Assembly: GCF_006345805.1 (NCBI RefSeq)
Contig: NC_043011.1
Location: 65,484,464 to 65,548,463, forward strand
From: Octopus sinensis
Taxonomy: Eukaryota
Direction of reading: 5' to 3'
DNA length: 64,000 bases
The notes beneath the pieces were generated by a model that saw nothing but the letters and a program-made list of their open reading frames with translations, made no database searches and was not told where the DNA came from. The translations under genes were made by a program, and so were the position numbers. Positions 59,301 through 64,000 of this stretch are shown piece after piece; positions within the stretch are counted from its first letter, which is position 1; each line of letters opens with the position of its first letter.

Positions 59301-62300
59301 TCTGAAAATAATAATAATGACTCTGAAAAAATTGACCCCTCTGATGTCGGCGTCAATCATTTAATGAAAACAAGCCAAAAATCATGCCGGATCGGTCATC
59401 ACCCGGGACAACAAGGACCGCGTTACCCAGTAGGGAACCAGACTGGGGTCGAAAAGTTTGCTGCTGGAACAAACTCTCAAAAAGACGATCTACCAGGTGA
59501 CCAGAACCAGAATACTTCTTACTCTGGACTTGTAGTGACACCACCAAAAACACCACCTAAAGTAAAACGTATAAAATGGACCAGAGAGGACTATAGAGAT
59601 GTGTTGAAAGCTTTTTATACAGCCCAACTAAACCCAAACAATAACCTCAGTGTACAAACATACATCTCATGGAGAAATTCAGTAGGCAATGACGTACGTA
59701 GATATATAGACGCAAATAAATTAAGTAATGTACGCAGAGATATAATTAAAAACAAAAGACTAACTGACGCTGAAATTGACAAAATTAGGACACTAATAGT
59801 TCATGGTAGACCAAAAGAAAACAGCAACAATGTAGACGAAATAGGTAACAGTAGCACAGAAGCCAGTGTACAAGCGGCAAATCAACTTCCCAATGGGGAA
59901 GTTAAACAAAGAATAGCGAAGACGAGAGATTTGAAAAAAGAGGAGAACGTAGACCTTCCTCAAGAAAACCAAAATAGATATGACATAGAATTTGAGGTGA
60001 ATAATAGAGAAAAGATTATGGAAGCAAAAGTGGATATTATGAGAGAACTCGGCAAGATTGAGCTCACTGACATGGTTAATAGAGAACCACTACCAAAGTT
60101 TTGAAATGGCACAAGAAATAACAACACAATCATGACATATAACGTTGCCCTAGGACAGATCTTAAGAAATAAGGGGAATGATTTGACAACCTTAAATAAT
60201 CTCATTTATTCCACTGCTAAAGTAGTAACTACCCAACTAGGTATTAAGATGACAAAGAAAAAGGCCAGGCATGTCAATGAACCTCCTAAGTGGAAAGTAG
60301 CGATACAAAAAGAGATTGAATCTCTGCGGGCGGATGTTTCAGTTCTCGATGAGCTTGCTAGAGGAGTGAATATTAAGCCGAGAAAAGTTAGAAAAATCAA
60401 GCAAAAATATAAAATCAAAGATCTCATAAACCTCCCTGCAACTAAGGAACTGTTGAAACAACGGATACAGTTGAAAGCTCAACGGCTTAGAAGGTATGAC
60501 AAAAGAAACAAATTTTATCGACAAAAATAATTTTTTTAAGACAGATGCAAAGAAATTTTATAGGGAAATTGGCAAAAATAAAATACACATAGAAGATCCA
60601 CCTAAGATTGAGGAAGTGGAGGAGTTCTGGAAGAAGATATGGAGCAACGAAAAAGAGTTTAATGCTGAGGCTGACTGGATAGAACGTGAGAAAGAGAGAC
60701 TGGATGGACTTGAAGAACAGAAATGGGAAGCAATAGGAATAGAGGAGCTAAGGTGTGTCCTTAGGAAGGCTCATAAATGGAAAACCCCAGGACTGGATCG
60801 GATCCCTAACTTCTGGCTGAATTGTTTGACAGAGGTACACGAACATCTCGCTGCATCTCTGTCTGATGTCATTCAGAACCCAGAGCAAATACCTGCTTGG
60901 CTGACTGAAGGAACCACCTACCTATTACCTAAAACCCAAGACACAAAAAACCCAAAGAATTACCGGCCAATAACATGTCTCAACACCACCTACAAAATCC
61001 TCACATCCATAATAACGGTGAGAATATACGCTTTCCTTGAACAAAATTCTATCCTTCCACAAGCTCAAAAAGGTTGTAAAAGAAATTCTTATGGGTGCAA
61101 AGACCAATTGCTCATAAACAGAATGATTGTAGAGAATTGCCGGAGCAAAAACAGAAACCTGAGTATGGCATGGATAGACTACAGGAAAGCGTATGACAGT
61201 GTCCCACATAAATGGATACTCAAGGCCCTTGAGATATACAAGATCTCTCCTCCCGTCTCAAAACTCTTAGAGAATAGCATGACCATGTGGAACACACGTC
61301 TCTTTCTAAGCCATAGTGATGGGATGAGCCAGTCCAACAGCATCAACATCAAACGAGGCATCTTTTAAGGTGACTCCCTCTCTCCATTACTTTTTTGCAT
61401 GGCACTGATCCCACTCTCAAGCGAATTGGATAGTACCAGATATGGGTACAAAGTTTTTAGTAAGTCAATAAACATGCACCACCCTAAGTTTTTAGTAAGT
61501 CAATAAGCATGCACCACCCTAAGGGAGATGTAGACCGCTTGTACCTACCTAGAAGCAGCGGGGGGAGAGGAATGATGCAATTAGAGCTGTGCTATAAGAC
61601 CTCTACTGTAGGAATGAACAAGTACCTATCTAGTACAAAGGACTGGATGCTGCGACTTGTGTGCGAACACGAAAGCAGCAAAAAGCTACATTCTATTGTC
61701 AAGGAAGCTTATAAGTTCGAAAGGGAACTAGACATTAACCTTGAATCAGATGAAGAGCAGGAAACCACTGCTACCAAGCAAGCAAAGCGAATCAAGCAGA
61801 CTGCATAAAAGAACGGGCAGAATCAAATTGAGAGGCGGTGGAGCCAGAAGCCCCTGCATGGACAATATATTCTCCGAAGCCAAAATGCTGATGTAGACCA
61901 AGCAACAACCCATCAGTGGCTGAAGAGCTCTGGATTGAAAGCAGAGTCTGAAGGTTTCATAATGGCAGCACAAGATCAAAGCTAGTTTACCAGAAATTAC
62001 CAGGCTAACGTTCTCCGAAACGGTACTGACCCAAAATGCAGATTCTGCGACACATTTGACGAAACGATAGACCATCTCGTTTCGGGATGCCCTGTGCTGA
62101 CACCAAACGAATACAAAAATCGCCACGATAGGGTAGGACAGTATATACATTGGAAGATATGTAAACACTACAAATCCGACACTCCTGCTAACTGGTATGA
62201 ACACCATCCTCAGCCAGTTGTTGAAGGTAAAGATGTCACCATCCTCTGGGATTTTCCAGTCAACACTGACAGAACGATCAAGGCTAATCGACCAGACATA

Positions 62301-62599
62301 ATTGTTAAAGACAGGGAAGAAAATACCTGCAGACTAATAGAAGTAAGCCTCCCCACTGATAAAAATGTATCTGTCAAGGAATTTGACAAACTTAGTAAAT
62401 ATAAGGACCTGGAAATCGAAATACAAAAGATGTGGAATCTTAAAACAAAAACTGTTCCTGTTATTGTAGGTGCCCTAGGTATGATAAAAAAGGGATGTCA
62501 GAAATACCTAGACAATATCCCTGGAAAACCATGTCTCAAGGAAATCCAAAACATTGTGCTAACAAGTGCTGCCCACATCCTTACAAAAACCCTATTTAC

Positions 62600-62600
<1 letters not shown>
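59300..62600 (+). mobile_element. Dong/R4 family E, 5'-complete, with the RT catalytic core deleted and the 3' UTR missing
   Basis: ORFs 59364-62681 carry KWTREDY, NKLSNVRR, NYRPITCL, CRFC..FDETIDHLVSGC and NRPDI. The YMDD region is absent at 61470, and the ORF runs directly into (TAA)n. Confidence 0.93.
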
Positions 62601-63082
<482 letters not shown>

Positions 63083-63222
63083 AGGTGCGAGAAAAAAAAT
63101 TTCATCACAGTTTAAAGTTAATATTTTAGCGATTCAGAAAATACATCTTTAAAAAAAACATTACAATACCTAGAAACTAAAAATATAATATAAAGTAATA
63201 TATAATTTTTTTTTGTCGCACC

Positions 63223-63349
<127 letters not shown>

Positions 63350-63517
63350 GCTTGTATGCTTGTACAGATGAATTATGTTCCATCTTGCGGGATGTTTATA
63401 TGTATATTCTATGATTAAATGTTCGAATTATGAAATTCTATGCGGATGAATTTGCATTTGTTTGTTCAATAACTTTAATTTGATATATATATATACATAT
63501 ATATATATATGTACATA

Positions 63518-63604
<87 letters not shown>

Positions 63605-63614
63605 GTATATATGA

Positions 63615-63684
<70 letters not shown>

Positions 63685-63743
63685 CAATTGTTTGTTGTTT
63701 TCCACCTGCCTTCGTATTTTGTCTATTTTCATAAAGCTTCCCG

Positions 63744-63779
<36 letters not shown>

Positions 63780-64000
63780 TAAGAATTTAAAATAGAAAGA
63801 ATCGTCATATAACATTCTCCATCAACTAATAGATTTATACCAATTTAAATCAACCGGAAAAGCGATTATTTTTATGCCTTTAAGACATTCAACTAGTCAT
63901 TTGTATATTAAAAAAAAGCTCAATTTAGCACTAAACAATGTTTAAGTCCCTGTTTTTGATAAAAACGAACACTCTGGCCAGTTGGCAAATAATAAAAACA

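Noticed and set aside
58842-59364. Long poly-Ile/Asn/Tyr/Leu/Met/Thr ORFs here and throughout
   Set aside because: They are translations of (TAA)n, (TA)n, (TGA)n and (CAA)n microsatellites.
59364-59480. HDV-like ribozyme at Dong 5' ends
   Set aside because: A J4/2-like CGAA and P4-like stem exist, but no P1 or P2 partner strands could be found.

Overview
AT-rich, microsatellite-dense eukaryotic genomic DNA, most likely from an octopus or other cephalopod. This is inferred from the SINE families, the abundance of RTE and Dong/R4 LINEs and the repeat landscape; no database search was possible. No intact protein-coding gene is visible. About half of the window is transposon debris: at least five diverged families of (TAA)n-targeting Dong/R4-type retrotransposons (RT plus restriction-like endonuclease), two RTE LINEs, a CR1-like end, two Penelope-like elements with hammerhead remnants, Tigger, mariner, Helitron pieces and tRNA-SINEs. 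Between the insertions, and largely missed by the ORF track, lies a minus-strand tandem array of at least three paralogous multi-exon genes for a secreted or cell-surface Cys-rich protein. Copy A spans about 15.7-25.5 kb, copy B about 46.6-57.9 kb, and the first exon of a third copy is at 169-208. Copies A and B are both decayed. The most notable observations are: (1) an in-frame TAG at the same codon in both paralogues, with coding-type conservation continuing past it (candidate A-to-I amber-to-Trp recoding or readthrough); (2) a TA-flanked foldback palindrome whose (TAA)n arm has captured a Dong element; (3) a covarying 3'-UTR hairpin shared by four Dong families; (4) non-autonomous (TAA)n-targeting derivatives; (5) hammerhead remnants, including a pair sharing a non-canonical core base. 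All alignments and folds were done by eye.
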